A DNA stretch of 32,000 nucleotides from Amoeboradix gromovi X-113 (Eukaryota; Fungi; Sanchytriomycota), in NCBI GenBank assembly GCA_018985225.1, contig JADGIF010000026.1:1951-33950 (forward strand), written 5' to 3'. A program made the position numbers and the translations under genes. Position 1 is the stretch's first letter, and each line of letters starts with the position of its first letter. The notes below the pieces were generated by a model that saw only the letters and a program-made list of their open reading frames with translations, was not told where the DNA came from and searched no databases. Positions 11,264-21,996 of the stretch are shown piece by piece.

Positions 11264-13414
11264 ATGTCGAATCACTGTGCTTTACATTCGAAATTTAGCT
11301 CAGTATGTTTTTATTGCATCATGAGGCTAAATGATCCAGAAAAAACCAGTCAATTAACATCTAATTTACAGCAATTACATACTCAAAGTTCAGATCTGCA
11401 GTTAAGTTGGTTAAATGCGATTAAACAGTCTATTGAATCCATGCATTCGACTGTTTTCATGAAATGGTTGACAACTTGCTACTTGTTAGAGTCCTGCTTT
11501 GAAATGTTCAAATTTAACAGATCAACCTGTTTTGCACTGGATATTTTAGATGATTTTGTAGTCCTGCTTCCTTGCTCAAGAGTCACCAGGCTTTGCATTA
11601 CCAATTTCTCAATGATTACACAACTCACTAGTAGCGAGAATGTAACCATACGCGCAAGTGTTTGTAGATTGCTATACTCAATTGGTATCCATTTGCCTGT
11701 GTTTACTAGTATAGACACTGTCAAGTTAACCTTGTCGCTGCTTGCAGTTATGAATAAACAAGCCAGCCAATATAAATTGAAGTCTTTCGAGCGCGATGTC
11801 ATATTACCAATGAGTACAGATGAAGAAATGGCAAGATATATTCCTAGATATGTCCAAATTATGCAGGAAAACTGTATGATGACCTTAGGTATGGTTATTT
11901 ATGGTCGTGTCCATGATATTCCACACAACCACCTGCTAATTAGTTCAATCCCTCATTTAGGAAACCAACTACTTAAGCATGTACAAGAGCGACGACCTTC
12001 ATGTTATCCAGAGTCTCAGAAATCAGATGTCGCTGCGTCTGCATTGGCTGCACTGCTGCAGTTGCCTTTGTATGATGAAGTCGAAGACTTTGATGATGAG
12101 GATTGGAGCAATGCATTTAGTAATTTGGAAAAAACTTGCACAACCGAGTTCATTCAGAAAATTCAAGTAGCTATCAAGTCTCTGCTGTTAGATACGCCCG
12201 AAAATATTGAGAAGATGTTGAAGAAACAGATTAAAAAGAAGCACAAGATACCTAGGCCCCCAAATGAAGAAGACCATGCTAAGGCAGTTGAATCCACTCA
12301 CCGTGCTCTAATATCTCTAGTTTCTATCTTGTGCAATCTATCATTCTTTAGCGATTTAACTACTCGTATCCTAAGCACGATTCCCACTTTGTTGTACATC
12401 GTAAAAGAGAAACACATTCCAAAACCACAAGCTCCATTCTACCGCAATATATTGAATGATTTGTGCCTAGCTAAAGGTGTTCATCGCGATCCTAATTTTC
12501 ATCCAAGTCGGTTTTTACTAAATTCATTTTCAGCTCCTTTGCGTGACACTACAATACTCGCATTATTGCGAATACGCAGATGGTTGGTCAGTGTATCTCC
12601 AGATTCTGCAGAGAGTGGCGTTCCTGTAGCTGAGGTTTCTCAATCCCCATTTTCTGATATTCCATTAGAAATGTGGTCCCCAGACACCGCTTATCTTCTG
12701 TATCAACAAGCAAAACAGCTCTCCATGACATGTAGAAGAAGAGGTAACTTTGCGTTTGCAGACAAGGACTGCAAATATGCGGCTTGCCAATACACCAGCG
12801 CTTTACTTCTAACGTCATTCGAAGAAGAGGACTTGCTTATTAGATTACCACCTGTAAAATCCTCTGAACCGGCTCTCGAATTTCTACCTCCAATGCTATA
12901 TTTTAAATCTAAAAGGGTCGCTGATAGATTTATATTTAAAAGTAATCGTGCAGAATGCTGGTTAAGAGTTCAAGGGATGCATGACAGAGCCAATCTAGAT
13001 GCTAGCAACGCCATCGAAGAAATGAATATGATGGTGTTCGAACTAGCAGAAATGTTCCCCTTAGAGCAGAATCACGATAAATCAGATCAGTTAGCTTATA
13101 GATCACTGCTAGTAGGTGATGACCTTTGGGAAAAGAATGAAAGGAGAATAAAAAGAGCAGACGAGTGCTTTTTAGCTGAAAAGAGACAAGAGCAAGACTA
13201 CTACAACGAAATAAATGCGCGAGAAGAAATGGTTAACGGTGACGAAAATGAAGAGTATATAGAAGAAGACAGTGATCTAGATGAGGTCCATAAAGTCAAG
13301 GGACAAGAAGAGACTGATTACAGTAGTGATGAATTTTTTGAAGATGAAAAAACTAGAGAAATCCAACAGATTATAGCTGCGTCAAACGGTAATAAGCTTG
13401 GAAGACTAGAATAG
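11264..13414 (+). CDS. Uncharacterised helical-repeat (ARM/HEAT-like) protein with C-terminal TPR motifs and an acidic tail
   Basis: 716-aa ORF with TPR-clamp-like RRRGNFAF...QYTSAL and KSNRAECWL. AATAAA lies just after the stop. Confidence 0.7.
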   Translation: MSNHCALHSKFSSVCFYCIMRLNDPEKTSQLTSNLQQLHTQSSDLQLSWLNAIKQSIESMHSTVFMKWLTTCYLLESCFEMFKFNRSTCFALDILDDFVVLLPCSRVTRLCITNFSMITQLTSSENVTIRASVCRLLYSIGIHLPVFTSIDTVKLTLSLLAVMNKQASQYKLKSFERDVILPMSTDEEMARYIPRYVQIMQENCMMTLGMVIYGRVHDIPHNHLLISSIPHLGNQLLKHVQERRPSCYPESQKSDVAASALAALLQLPLYDEVEDFDDEDWSNAFSNLEKTCTTEFIQKIQVAIKSLLLDTPENIEKMLKKQIKKKHKIPRPPNEEDHAKAVESTHRALISLVSILCNLSFFSDLTTRILSTIPTLLYIVKEKHIPKPQAPFYRNILNDLCLAKGVHRDPNFHPSRFLLNSFSAPLRDTTILALLRIRRWLVSVSPDSAESGVPVAEVSQSPFSDIPLEMWSPDTAYLLYQQAKQLSMTCRRRGNFAFADKDCKYAACQYTSALLLTSFEEEDLLIRLPPVKSSEPALEFLPPMLYFKSKRVADRFIFKSNRAECWLRVQGMHDRANLDASNAIEEMNMMVFELAEMFPLEQNHDKSDQLAYRSLLVGDDLWEKNERRIKRADECFLAEKRQEQDYYNEINAREEMVNGDENEEYIEEDSDLDEVHKVKGQEETDYSSDEFFEDEKTREIQQIIAASNGNKLGRLE

Positions 13415-13461
13415 TGAATAAATTATTGATTGTTATTAATAAAGTACTCTTGATTAAGCAG

Positions 13462-14070
13462 CTTGACTATTTTCTTGAATAAATCATTTATCGCGAATTT
13501 GTATACATCTTTGTATCATTTCAAGACTTTTCCAATAGCTTAAACACTCGATATTCTTCCTTTTCGCAAATGGTTAATGGAATAAATAGAAGTAATCCCG
13601 AATATGTCAAATCTAAAGAAATAACTAACAGGTACAGCATACAAAGACATATGATCTTATATTCTTATCATCGTTCAATACTAGCCAAATGATAAGTAGC
13701 TTGTCGAGCAAAGTCGCAACAAACATGGCCACAATGTCTCATCACGCATTCAAGGAACGCTTGTAGTTCAAGCGTAAGCAAAGAGGAAAGACGATGGTCG
13801 AATGCAATGAATCATTTACTAGTCAGACATGTACAAGGTGTGGTACTCTAAAGAAAACCAACTTACAAAGCTACAGCTGTACAAAGTGTCATTTGCAGAT
13901 AGATAGAGACCATATGGCTGCAAGGAACATATACATCAAGTATCTGCATCCTTATTCAATTCCGCCTCAGGGTAGTGCAAGCGTGAGCAATCACTGTAAC
14001 GGAGCATCTAGCATTAGTTTGTCTGTGGAAATTCTCGATTTTCTCGGAAATCAGGACTTTTAGCGAGGAG
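13462..14070 (+). mobile_element. Non-autonomous, internally deleted Fanzor2/IS607-TnpB-derived element (copy A)
   Basis: Encodes YDLIFLSSFNTSQMISSLSSKVATNMATMSHHAFKERL*FKRKQRGKTMVECNESFTSQTCTRCG...CTKC..IDRDHMAARNI. Shares about 170 bp of left end and about 320 bp of right end with copy B. Confidence 0.9.
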
Positions 14071-14228
14071 ACAAGGTGATGTTGAAAACAACAGAATTCA
14101 AGAAAATCCTTTATAAACCAACAACGACATGTAACCTTAATGGAAATGAAAATTGTAATAAATTGTCGTGCCATGACCCAACATCAACATGAAGATTCGT
14201 AGTCCAGGGTCCTAATAGAAAGAAAGCG

Positions 14229-14355
14229 ATGAGGTAAGGGGCACGTCTTTGATGTGCCCTTCTGGGTCAGTTCTAAGCGGTATTGATATCCACACTCCCA
14301 TTAACCTCTTCCAAAAGAGGTTGATCTTAGAAAAGCGCCCGTTTCTTTGCCTCAT
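14229..14355 (+). ncRNA. Candidate structured RNA of unknown family
   Basis: Nested stems: 14229-37/14347-55, 14237-47/14251-61, 14271-77/14326-32, 14300-10/14315-25. G-U wobbles favour the + strand. Confidence 0.4.
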
Positions 14356-14677
14356 ATTCCAACTATTTAAGGATGGCTGCAAAAATTATAGAATATAAAC
14401 CGTGTTCTTGACGCTATTGAAGGCGCCTTCGATAGAAAACCCGTCTACAACCTTATTTCCATTAATATCATCTTCGTTAGTACAAGCACTGGACCGAGGG
14501 TTGAGTAAGAACTTACCGGCAGATAGAAGGAATTGGAAACCAGCTGCCGCCTAGAGCATATGTAATGAAATACGGGAAATCTCTAGTTTACTTGATCTAC
14601 CTTATTTGAGACTCATCTTAGAAGCTCATCTAGTTTTCCCTGATTGTTCCGCTAACATTTTTGTAACAGGTTTAAAA

Positions 14678-15037
14678 ATGAGTCAGTCTCTAATGAAGTT
14701 GGTAGGATTATCCTTGGGTTTAGCAACTGGAACCCTACTTGTTGTTTTATCCTGCGCTATATACGAAAACTGGATACCGCTATTATCAGTATTGTTCTTT
14801 TTAATGGCTCCACTTTGCCAATGTTTTAATAGAGATGATTTGAGTGGTAACAATCAAATTGTGCAATTTCTGTCATCTGTTTTCGTCTGCTCTGGAGTGT
14901 TTTTACCAATTGTGTTATTCAATAACTCAATACTAACGATTGGAGCAACTGCTATGGTTATTGTCGGCGGCAGTATAGTATATGGATCCATTATGCTATA
15001 TGGGTTTATGTTCAATGACAGTAGCATGATGTACTAA
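14678..15037 (+). CDS. VPS55: Vps55/LEPROT family membrane protein
   Basis: Four hydrophobic segments with LVVLSCAIYENWIPLLSVLFFLMAPL and FLSSVFVCSGVFLPIVL. ATG at 14678. Confidence 0.88.
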   Translation: MSQSLMKLVGLSLGLATGTLLVVLSCAIYENWIPLLSVLFFLMAPLCQCFNRDDLSGNNQIVQFLSSVFVCSGVFLPIVLFNNSILTIGATAMVIVGGSIVYGSIMLYGFMFNDSSMMY

Positions 15038-15097
15038 TAAATGTTGAGACCAATTAATTATTTTGTTTTCGTATTACATTTTTTAAAACATTGCATT

Positions 15098-16586
15098 ATG
15101 GTTTGCTTGGGTATTTCTGTTTGCAGTCTGACTGGTCAAGTATTAGTTTCCCGCCATTTTATTCCAATGTCACGTGCCAGGGTAGAAGGTTTACTCTCTT
15201 CTTTCCCTAAATTACTGGAAAGCAATGCGCAACATACTTATTTAGATACTGATCAAGTTAGATTAGTATTTCAACCTTTAGACAAAGTTTATTTGATTAT
15301 GATGACAAATAAAAAATCTAATATTTTGCAAGACTTAAATACGCTGAATTTATTCGCCAAAATTGTTCAAGATACCTGTAGTTGCACTGATCAGGGCGTA
15401 ACCGAGAAGGGATTTGAGTTGATTCATGCATTTGATGAAGTGATATCTGGAGGGCAACCTGAAAACTTAGATCTTGGTCAAATCAAAACTATTTTGGAAA
15501 TGGACAGCCATGAAGAAAAGATTCATGAAATGATAGAGAAGAACAAGGAGCTAGAAGCCAAGGCCGAATTGAAGCGCAAAGCTAAAGAGATGGATCAGTT
15601 AAAGCGAGCTACATCTAAGACTTCTGTTCCCACAATGGCTGCAAATACCAATTACAACGCACCTGTGTCGACAATTAATGTACCTTCTGTTTCTGCTCAA
15701 CCTGTGTATAATCAACCCACTGGTAGAGGTATGAAGTTGGGTGCATCCAACCCAAACGATGACTTTCTTTCGTCCTTGCAGCAACAAGTGCAGACTCAGT
15801 TGCAGCAGCAGGAAGCTGCCAAACCTGTTATTAAGGCTAAATCTCCTGCTAAATCTAAAGTAGAGGAAAAAGACGTTCATGTCACGTTGGAGGAGCATTT
15901 GACTGCCCAAATACTTCATGACGGAGGAATTTCTAATTGTGAATTAAAGGGTGAAATCATAATTAAAATTAATAATGAGTCATATAACCAGTGCATAATT
16001 GAATACCTACCTGGTAATAGCAACGTGCAGTTTAAATCACATCCATTAGTCGATAAGAAATCATTTGCTTCTAATTTAATTTCATCAAGGTCTAAGCCAT
16101 TTCCAACTAAACAGCCGCTTAGTCTAGTTAAGTATAGATGCACGATAGCTGATGATGACGCATTGCCGCTTCACATAGAATGCTGGCCTAATCCTAATGG
16201 AGATGGAACGTCAGATGTAAATTTAGAATACGAATTGCCCGCAGGATCACAAACGAGACTAACAGATGTTATAATATCTATAAACATTCCGTATTTGTTA
16301 TTAACATAGGACTTCAATTCAACCACAAGTAGGCGTTTGTGATGGAAAGCACGAGTTTAGCAATAAAGTATTAAGCTGGCATATCCCAATGATTAATAGT
16401 AAAGATCCATCAGGACTATTTGAATTTAAAATGCAGAGCGAGTCGAGTATATTTCCAGTACAGGTGGACTTCAAAAGTGAAAACTCATTATTTGGGATAG
16501 GAATAAAATCTGTACAACAAGATGAGCAGAATGTTCCGTACTCATTTGAATGTAACTGTATGGCAGATCAGTATTTTATAAATTAA
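15098..16586 (+). CDS. RET2: Coatomer subunit delta (Ret2/ARCN1); exons 15098-16290 and 16310-16586
   Basis: Motifs MSRARVEGLLSSFPKL, SNILQDLNTL, LEMDSHEEKI and mu-homology FKSHPLVDK, CWP. Joined to ORF 16389-16586 by intron 16291-16309. Confidence 0.95.
16291..16309 (+). other. 19-nt GT-AG intron in delta-COP (GTATTTGTTATTAACATAG)
   Basis: Removal gives NIP|TSIQPQVGVCDGKHEFSNKVLSWHIPMINSKDPSGLFEF, the expected delta-COP C-terminus, in frame with ATG 16389. Confidence 0.92.
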
Positions 16587-16854
16587 TTCAATAAATCCAT
16601 TACATGAAGAATATTGCTCTAACGCTGTTCAATTGAGAACAGTTTTAACCGCAATTAGAATATGCGTTTAAGCACTTCTGTAACTTATACGTAGTACCTG
16701 GGTTCGGCGTCAGATACTCTATGTCCATTACAAGGTGCGCGTAAAAATCAGCACAAAAATTACACGATTACTTAAAGAATCGTTTATTTTTGCAATCTTT
16801 AAACAAACTTAAACGGGAAAAACAAATAAAATAATGAAGTTCATTTATTTGTAT

Positions 16855-19800
16855 CTAACTCTTTTTGCCATCATACGCCGGGCTTGAGGGGCTATATTGA
16901 GGGCTTGAAGGGCTGTACTGCGGGCTAGTTGGACTGTACTGCGGGCTAGTTGGACTATATTGTGGACTAGTTGGTGAATAAGTTGGCGAAGTAGGGCTGT
17001 ACTGTGGACTTGTAGGTGAGTAACTGGGGCTGGTTGGTGAGTAACTTGGGCTGGTTGGTGAATAACTGGGGCTGGTTGGTGAGTAACTTGGACTAGTTGG
17101 TGAATAACTAGGGCTGGTTGGTGAGTAACTTGGACTAGTTGGTGAATAACTGGGGCTGGTTGGCGAGTAGCTTGGACTAGTTGGTGAATAACTAGGGCTG
17201 GTTGGCGAGTAACTTGGACTTGTAGGACTATATCCTGGACTAGTGGGACTATATCCTGGACTATTAGGATTGTATCCCGGACTGCTAGGTGAGTATCCTC
17301 CATATCCTGGTGACTGCGGTGCATATCCTGGTGACTGGCTATACTTAGGACTGTTGCTATAGCCTGGACTACTATGGAATGGACTAGCTATGTTATTGTA
17401 CCCTGGTGATTGTGGGTTCTGATTAATTGGACTGAACTGACTGTCATTTGGTAGCATATCTTTTAAATGTACATTTGGGGTCATTTGTCCGTTAATAAAA
17501 GGTGTTTGCGCTCCTAGGTAGTTAAACTGCATAGGTGTAGTTGCTGTACTAAATGCACTACTTGTAATGCTTCCTGGTGTGTTCATTCCGCAGTGCATTC
17601 TATCTAGCTCTTCTTCGTTTAACACTACGTCAAAGCTACCTGTTCCTAGTGGCGCTAATTGACCAAGAATTATATTCTCACTTATTCCGTTGCATGCGTC
17701 TGTCTCCCCGAACGCTGCAGCTTCCAACAGTATTTCAACAGTTTCCTCAAACGAGCACCTCATCAAAGCTCCGCTTTCCGTTCTGTTAATACCATGTCTA
17801 GTTATGGCCATTATGCTACCTTTGCATGTCATTACATCAACAAGTAATGTCAAATGTCTATAGTTGACATAGGATCCATCAAACTCGATCACGTTTCTCA
17901 GCTCCTTCAATAATGCCATTCTACATGCTTCGACTCCCAAAACTTGCATTATTTCTATGCAATAGTTGCTGTATGCTTGAGTATAGTCGATTTTAGGATG
18001 GCTTAATATCTCTAATAGATTGGTTCCGTCTGTGTCCAGTGCCCACTCTTCTACATCCTTGAAATCCCCATCACTAGTAATTACTGATTGCTTCTTTCTG
18101 GTTAAAAATACTTTGTTTAATCCTTTAATTCCCCGTAGATCTATCATTTCCAGCAAGTTGGACTCTAATTCCCTTAGTGATGTCTCGTTTACAATATCGT
18201 TGATAATTCGAATACGAACGACAGGATTTATTGCATTGTCGTCACTTCCTATCACCAGTAGCTCATCTTGAAACGCATACTTAATTTTACGCACTATTTC
18301 ACCAACAGTTAACCCTTTGTCAATTAAAACAGGTCTATTCAACAGTATCCTTAACAGCCATGGACTAGGTATATTTGTACTGTCTTCTAATTCAAAATAA
18401 GCTTGTACAAAATCCAAATCTTCAGCGACGCTCGTATTTAATGGATCTGGGTCATAGTGTATCTCTGTTTTTAAAACGCACTTACGCAGGGGACAATGTT
18501 CTATATCCACCAATATCTGTTTAGCCTGATCCTTGCTGTTTTTATCCTTGAGGTAGAGAGTCATTGAAGGTGTTTTGATGTTCTTTGCTACATTTATTAT
18601 CTCTTTCAATCTAGGCACTCCCAACGTGACATTCTTGCTACTAACACCTGCAAAATGGAATGTATTCAAGGTCATTTGAGTAGCTGGCTCGCCAATGCTT
18701 TGAGCAGCAACAGTTCCAATCATCTCTCCAGGATCTACCAGTGATCTAGAAAACTTGTATTTGATTTCACCTATTAACCAGTCATATGCTTGTTCAGTCA
18801 GACGATATTCTTGCAACACTCTAACCACGCTCAAATAACTACGCAGTACAATTCTAAATAACAGAGTAGCGTTATCCTGTGCTTCCTTGCTAATATAATC
18901 ATTACCCTTTACTATAGTCAGCGACTGCTCCAGTTCCTTTCTCTTTTGTATAATGTACGAGGGCAACAGAGTAACTAGGACAGAATCATCGATACTGAAT
19001 AACTGACGAGCATTCCAGATTAATCTACGCAGGTGAACAGGCAAGGGCCATTGGTTCTGGCCGCTAGTAAAAATATATGATCGAAGCAGCTTATAATCCG
19101 TCTGTAACTGAGCATACTCTTCCTGTAACAGCTCCTGCTCCGTTGGGCTTGCCATTATGGCATCATGTGTAGTCTTACATTGTCCAATTAAAAGTCCTCT
19201 GTACTTGTACTTTAGTTCAAATTGTTCGTAATTCATTCTTATACAATCTATTGATTGTTTTTCTACCTTTAATGCATCCAGGCCGTCTTCACCATAAATA
19301 AACTCTATTATATCACCTAAAGAGTTCCTAACTGTACCATCATTTTTAACCATCACATCTTCCAAAGCTTTAACTAATCTACGTTGAATATAACCAGTTT
19401 CAGCAGTTTTAACAGCAGTATCAATCAGTCCTTCTCTGCCACCCATAGCATGAAAATAAAACTCGCTAGGCGTAACTCCTCTCAAATAACTATTTTCTAC
19501 AAACCCTCTAGCATCTGGGCTGTTGTCGTCTTTTGTGAAATGAGGCAAGGCCCTGTACCTAAATCCAAATGATATACGTTTACCTTCCACATTCTGCTGA
19601 CCTACAACCGCACTCATTTGAGATATGTTAATAAAACTACCCTTGCTACCCGCCACTACCATTTGCTTTACGTTGTTGTGATCCTTTAATGCAGACTGCG
19701 CTAGCTTACCCGTTAAATCTCTACACGCATTCAATTCTTTATTCACATCTGCTTCGAATGATTCCCTCAATGTCATACCCGGCTTCTGCGTTAAATTACC

Positions 19801-21819
19801 TAGCTGGGCTTCTTGTATAATAACATCAACATTATCCTTACTGGTTGCAATTTGGTCATTAATACGCATCATAGTTTGGGTATCCACGATTGTATCACCT
19901 ATTCCTATGCTGAACCCATCATGTAACAACCAATGGTTCACAATAGTTTGGCAACCATTTAAAAACAACTTGGCATCTTCGGTACCACACTCATTCACTA
20001 TAACGTGTATTAGACCACCTGCACTAGTTCCTACTGTCTTTTTACATATAATTCCGCTTAGTAATACACCGTTTTGTATAAATACTCGGGTATCTCCTAC
20101 CGAGCACTCGTTATGTTCATTATCAGGATGTTGGCTATGAAGAGTAGTTAAATTAATTTGCCTAGGAATTATTAATGATATTATTTGCTTCCCACTCCAC
20201 AAAGGAACTGGCTTTAGGATACAAGGCAAGGGGACGTTACCATCCCAATTGGGGACCCACATCAATATACCATGCACGAATGCCTTGTCCATGAAGGCAT
20301 CCCTTAGTGACATTTTTCGAATACCACATAAAGTGTCTTGGACTATACCCATGCATGGTCTATTGCTTTGCGGTGTAATTATCTGTTTTGGGACCATGCA
20401 CAGTTGTTCAACCTCTGCACGAGCACCAAGGGATTGAGGAACATGCATATTCATTTCATCACCGTCAAAGTCAGCGTTATAAGGCGATGTAACTGAAAGA
20501 TTCAGTCTAAAAGTACTACCAGATGGCATAACCTTTACTTTATGACCCATCATACTCATTTTATGTAGACTGGGCTGTCTGTTAAATATAACAACATCTC
20601 CATCTGTTAAATGCCTTTCAATGATGTATCCATACTGCAGTATAATATCACCGCTGTTGCGAGTGTATCTTAGATCTATACGCTCACCAGTGTCTTTAAT
20701 GACATAGCTGGCACCAGGGTGGGTATGCGGACCCTTTCTGACTAGCTCTTGTAACTTGTCTATGTTGTAGCTCATTACCAATTCTGGAAAAGTTAAATTT
20801 TTTGCAATAGACAATGGAACTCCAACTTCATCAATACTGAGATTAGGATCACCAGTTATGACAGTACGAGCACTGAAGTCCACACGTTTCCCCATCAAGT
20901 TACCACGTAATCTACCTTCTTTACCTTTTAATCTAGCTCGAATAGACTTCAGAGGTCTGCCTGACTTCTGCAACGCCTGAGGTTGACCACTAATATCATT
21001 ATCCATATAAGTTGCAACATGATACTGAAGAAGCTGAATGAATTCTAATACGACATGATTAGGAGCACCTTCAGCTTCACATTTCTTTAAGTTGTCGTTT
21101 GCTTTGATGATATCTGCAAGTTTATGAGTTAGATCATCCTCACCTCTGCCCATATCCATAGTGATAGAAGGCCTAACTTGAGGAGGAGGACAAGGAAGGG
21201 TAGTTAAAAGCAATTGCTCAGGCCTTGTATACTTAGGATTCATTCCAAGAATGTAAACATCTAGATCTGATATTTTGTTCAAAATATTAATGACATGTTG
21301 AGCAGTTAAAGAAGTTTTCTCTTGATCTGCCTGTTTAAACCAAGTTTGTAGACTTAAACCATCTCTACGATATACAGGCTGCTTACGTTCACAATGTTCA
21401 CAAAGAGTTTTGGATTTGAGTATTTCATGTATTTTTTTAAACCTATACTTATTGCTTTTGATTTTTTTAGGAATTGAAGTAATTTTATCAGTTACACCGA
21501 CGATTTCCTTTAATTTCAATTTGGAACAGTAATAGCAAACACATTCCAGTACTTTTTTTACATGAGTTATGAAGCCCACATGGTATACTGGCTGATGAAG
21601 ATCTATATGCCCAAAATGACCAGTACAGTTAGTCATTGACGATTGACAAGTCATGCATTGGGATGATTTGTCAATAGTGCCTAGATATGGATCCAACAAG
21701 CCTTTTATCTGGTAATTATTGTTATCCATCGTCTGAGGTAATGTTATTTCTTGAACCGACGCCTTTTGGATTTCTTTTGCAGAAAATACTCCAAACTGCA
21801 CTGAGAGTGGAACAGTCAT
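16855..21819 (-). CDS. RPB1: RNA polymerase II largest subunit
   Basis: NADFDGDEMN catalytic motif, LMGKRVDFSAR, TAVKTAETGYIQRRL, EPATQMTLNTFH and a heptad CTD. Uninterrupted 1654-aa ORF. Confidence 0.99.
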   Translation of the reverse strand: MTVPLSVQFGVFSAKEIQKASVQEITLPQTMDNNNYQIKGLLDPYLGTIDKSSQCMTCQSSMTNCTGHFGHIDLHQPVYHVGFITHVKKVLECVCYYCSKLKLKEIVGVTDKITSIPKKIKSNKYRFKKIHEILKSKTLCEHCERKQPVYRRDGLSLQTWFKQADQEKTSLTAQHVINILNKISDLDVYILGMNPKYTRPEQLLLTTLPCPPPQVRPSITMDMGRGEDDLTHKLADIIKANDNLKKCEAEGAPNHVVLEFIQLLQYHVATYMDNDISGQPQALQKSGRPLKSIRARLKGKEGRLRGNLMGKRVDFSARTVITGDPNLSIDEVGVPLSIAKNLTFPELVMSYNIDKLQELVRKGPHTHPGASYVIKDTGERIDLRYTRNSGDIILQYGYIIERHLTDGDVVIFNRQPSLHKMSMMGHKVKVMPSGSTFRLNLSVTSPYNADFDGDEMNMHVPQSLGARAEVEQLCMVPKQIITPQSNRPCMGIVQDTLCGIRKMSLRDAFMDKAFVHGILMWVPNWDGNVPLPCILKPVPLWSGKQIISLIIPRQINLTTLHSQHPDNEHNECSVGDTRVFIQNGVLLSGIICKKTVGTSAGGLIHVIVNECGTEDAKLFLNGCQTIVNHWLLHDGFSIGIGDTIVDTQTMMRINDQIATSKDNVDVIIQEAQLGNLTQKPGMTLRESFEADVNKELNACRDLTGKLAQSALKDHNNVKQMVVAGSKGSFINISQMSAVVGQQNVEGKRISFGFRYRALPHFTKDDNSPDARGFVENSYLRGVTPSEFYFHAMGGREGLIDTAVKTAETGYIQRRLVKALEDVMVKNDGTVRNSLGDIIEFIYGEDGLDALKVEKQSIDCIRMNYEQFELKYKYRGLLIGQCKTTHDAIMASPTEQELLQEEYAQLQTDYKLLRSYIFTSGQNQWPLPVHLRRLIWNARQLFSIDDSVLVTLLPSYIIQKRKELEQSLTIVKGNDYISKEAQDNATLLFRIVLRSYLSVVRVLQEYRLTEQAYDWLIGEIKYKFSRSLVDPGEMIGTVAAQSIGEPATQMTLNTFHFAGVSSKNVTLGVPRLKEIINVAKNIKTPSMTLYLKDKNSKDQAKQILVDIEHCPLRKCVLKTEIHYDPDPLNTSVAEDLDFVQAYFELEDSTNIPSPWLLRILLNRPVLIDKGLTVGEIVRKIKYAFQDELLVIGSDDNAINPVVRIRIINDIVNETSLRELESNLLEMIDLRGIKGLNKVFLTRKKQSVITSDGDFKDVEEWALDTDGTNLLEILSHPKIDYTQAYSNYCIEIMQVLGVEACRMALLKELRNVIEFDGSYVNYRHLTLLVDVMTCKGSIMAITRHGINRTESGALMRCSFEETVEILLEAAAFGETDACNGISENIILGQLAPLGTGSFDVVLNEEELDRMHCGMNTPGSITSSAFSTATTPMQFNYLGAQTPFINGQMTPNVHLKDMLPNDSQFSPINQNPQSPGYNNIASPFHSSPGYSNSPKYSQSPGYAPQSPGYGGYSPSSPGYNPNSPGYSPTSPGYSPTSPSYSPTSPSYSPTSPSYSPTSPSYSPTSPSYSPTSPSYSPTSPSYSPTSPSYSPTSPSYSPTSPSYSPTSPQYSPTSPTYSPTSPQYSPTSPQYSPTSPQYSPSSPQYSPSSPAYDGKKS
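16876..17295 (-). repeat. RPB1 CTD: 20 tandem 21-nt heptad repeats
   Basis: Three proximal G7 heptads, ten consensus YSPTSPS, then seven distal repeats with Q/T/A at position 7. Confidence 0.97.
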
Positions 21820-21996
21820 GATGTGACAAGATTACTCCTAGAATAAGAGGAACATCGAAATTTCAGGAAAATAGTTTAGTATACAATCAAAAACGGATGC
21901 ATTCAGTTCAGAAAACCTTCAGATCTGTGTAGCTAATGGATGGACCGAAGGATCATATCCTGGAAGTTCTCTTTCATGAGAGTTAGGGTTTAGATG

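Noticed and set aside
13794-14063. Active Fanzor nuclease in copy A or B
   Set aside because: RuvC-I and most of the N-terminal lobe are deleted. A has an in-frame TAG, and B has lost two zinc-binding cysteines (TWTRYG).
14071-14090. In-window targets for the putative guides
   Set aside because: By eye only matches of about 8 nt were found. A genome-wide search is needed.
16845-17324. 159-aa repetitive ORF, or a CRISPR-like array
   Set aside because: Alternate-frame shadow of the RPB1 CTD. The 21-nt tandem repeats have no unique spacers.
21982-21993. GTTAGGGTTTAG as telomeric repeat or telomerase template
   Set aside because: Fewer than two units, and on the wrong strand relative to the neighbouring structure. 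Expected by chance.
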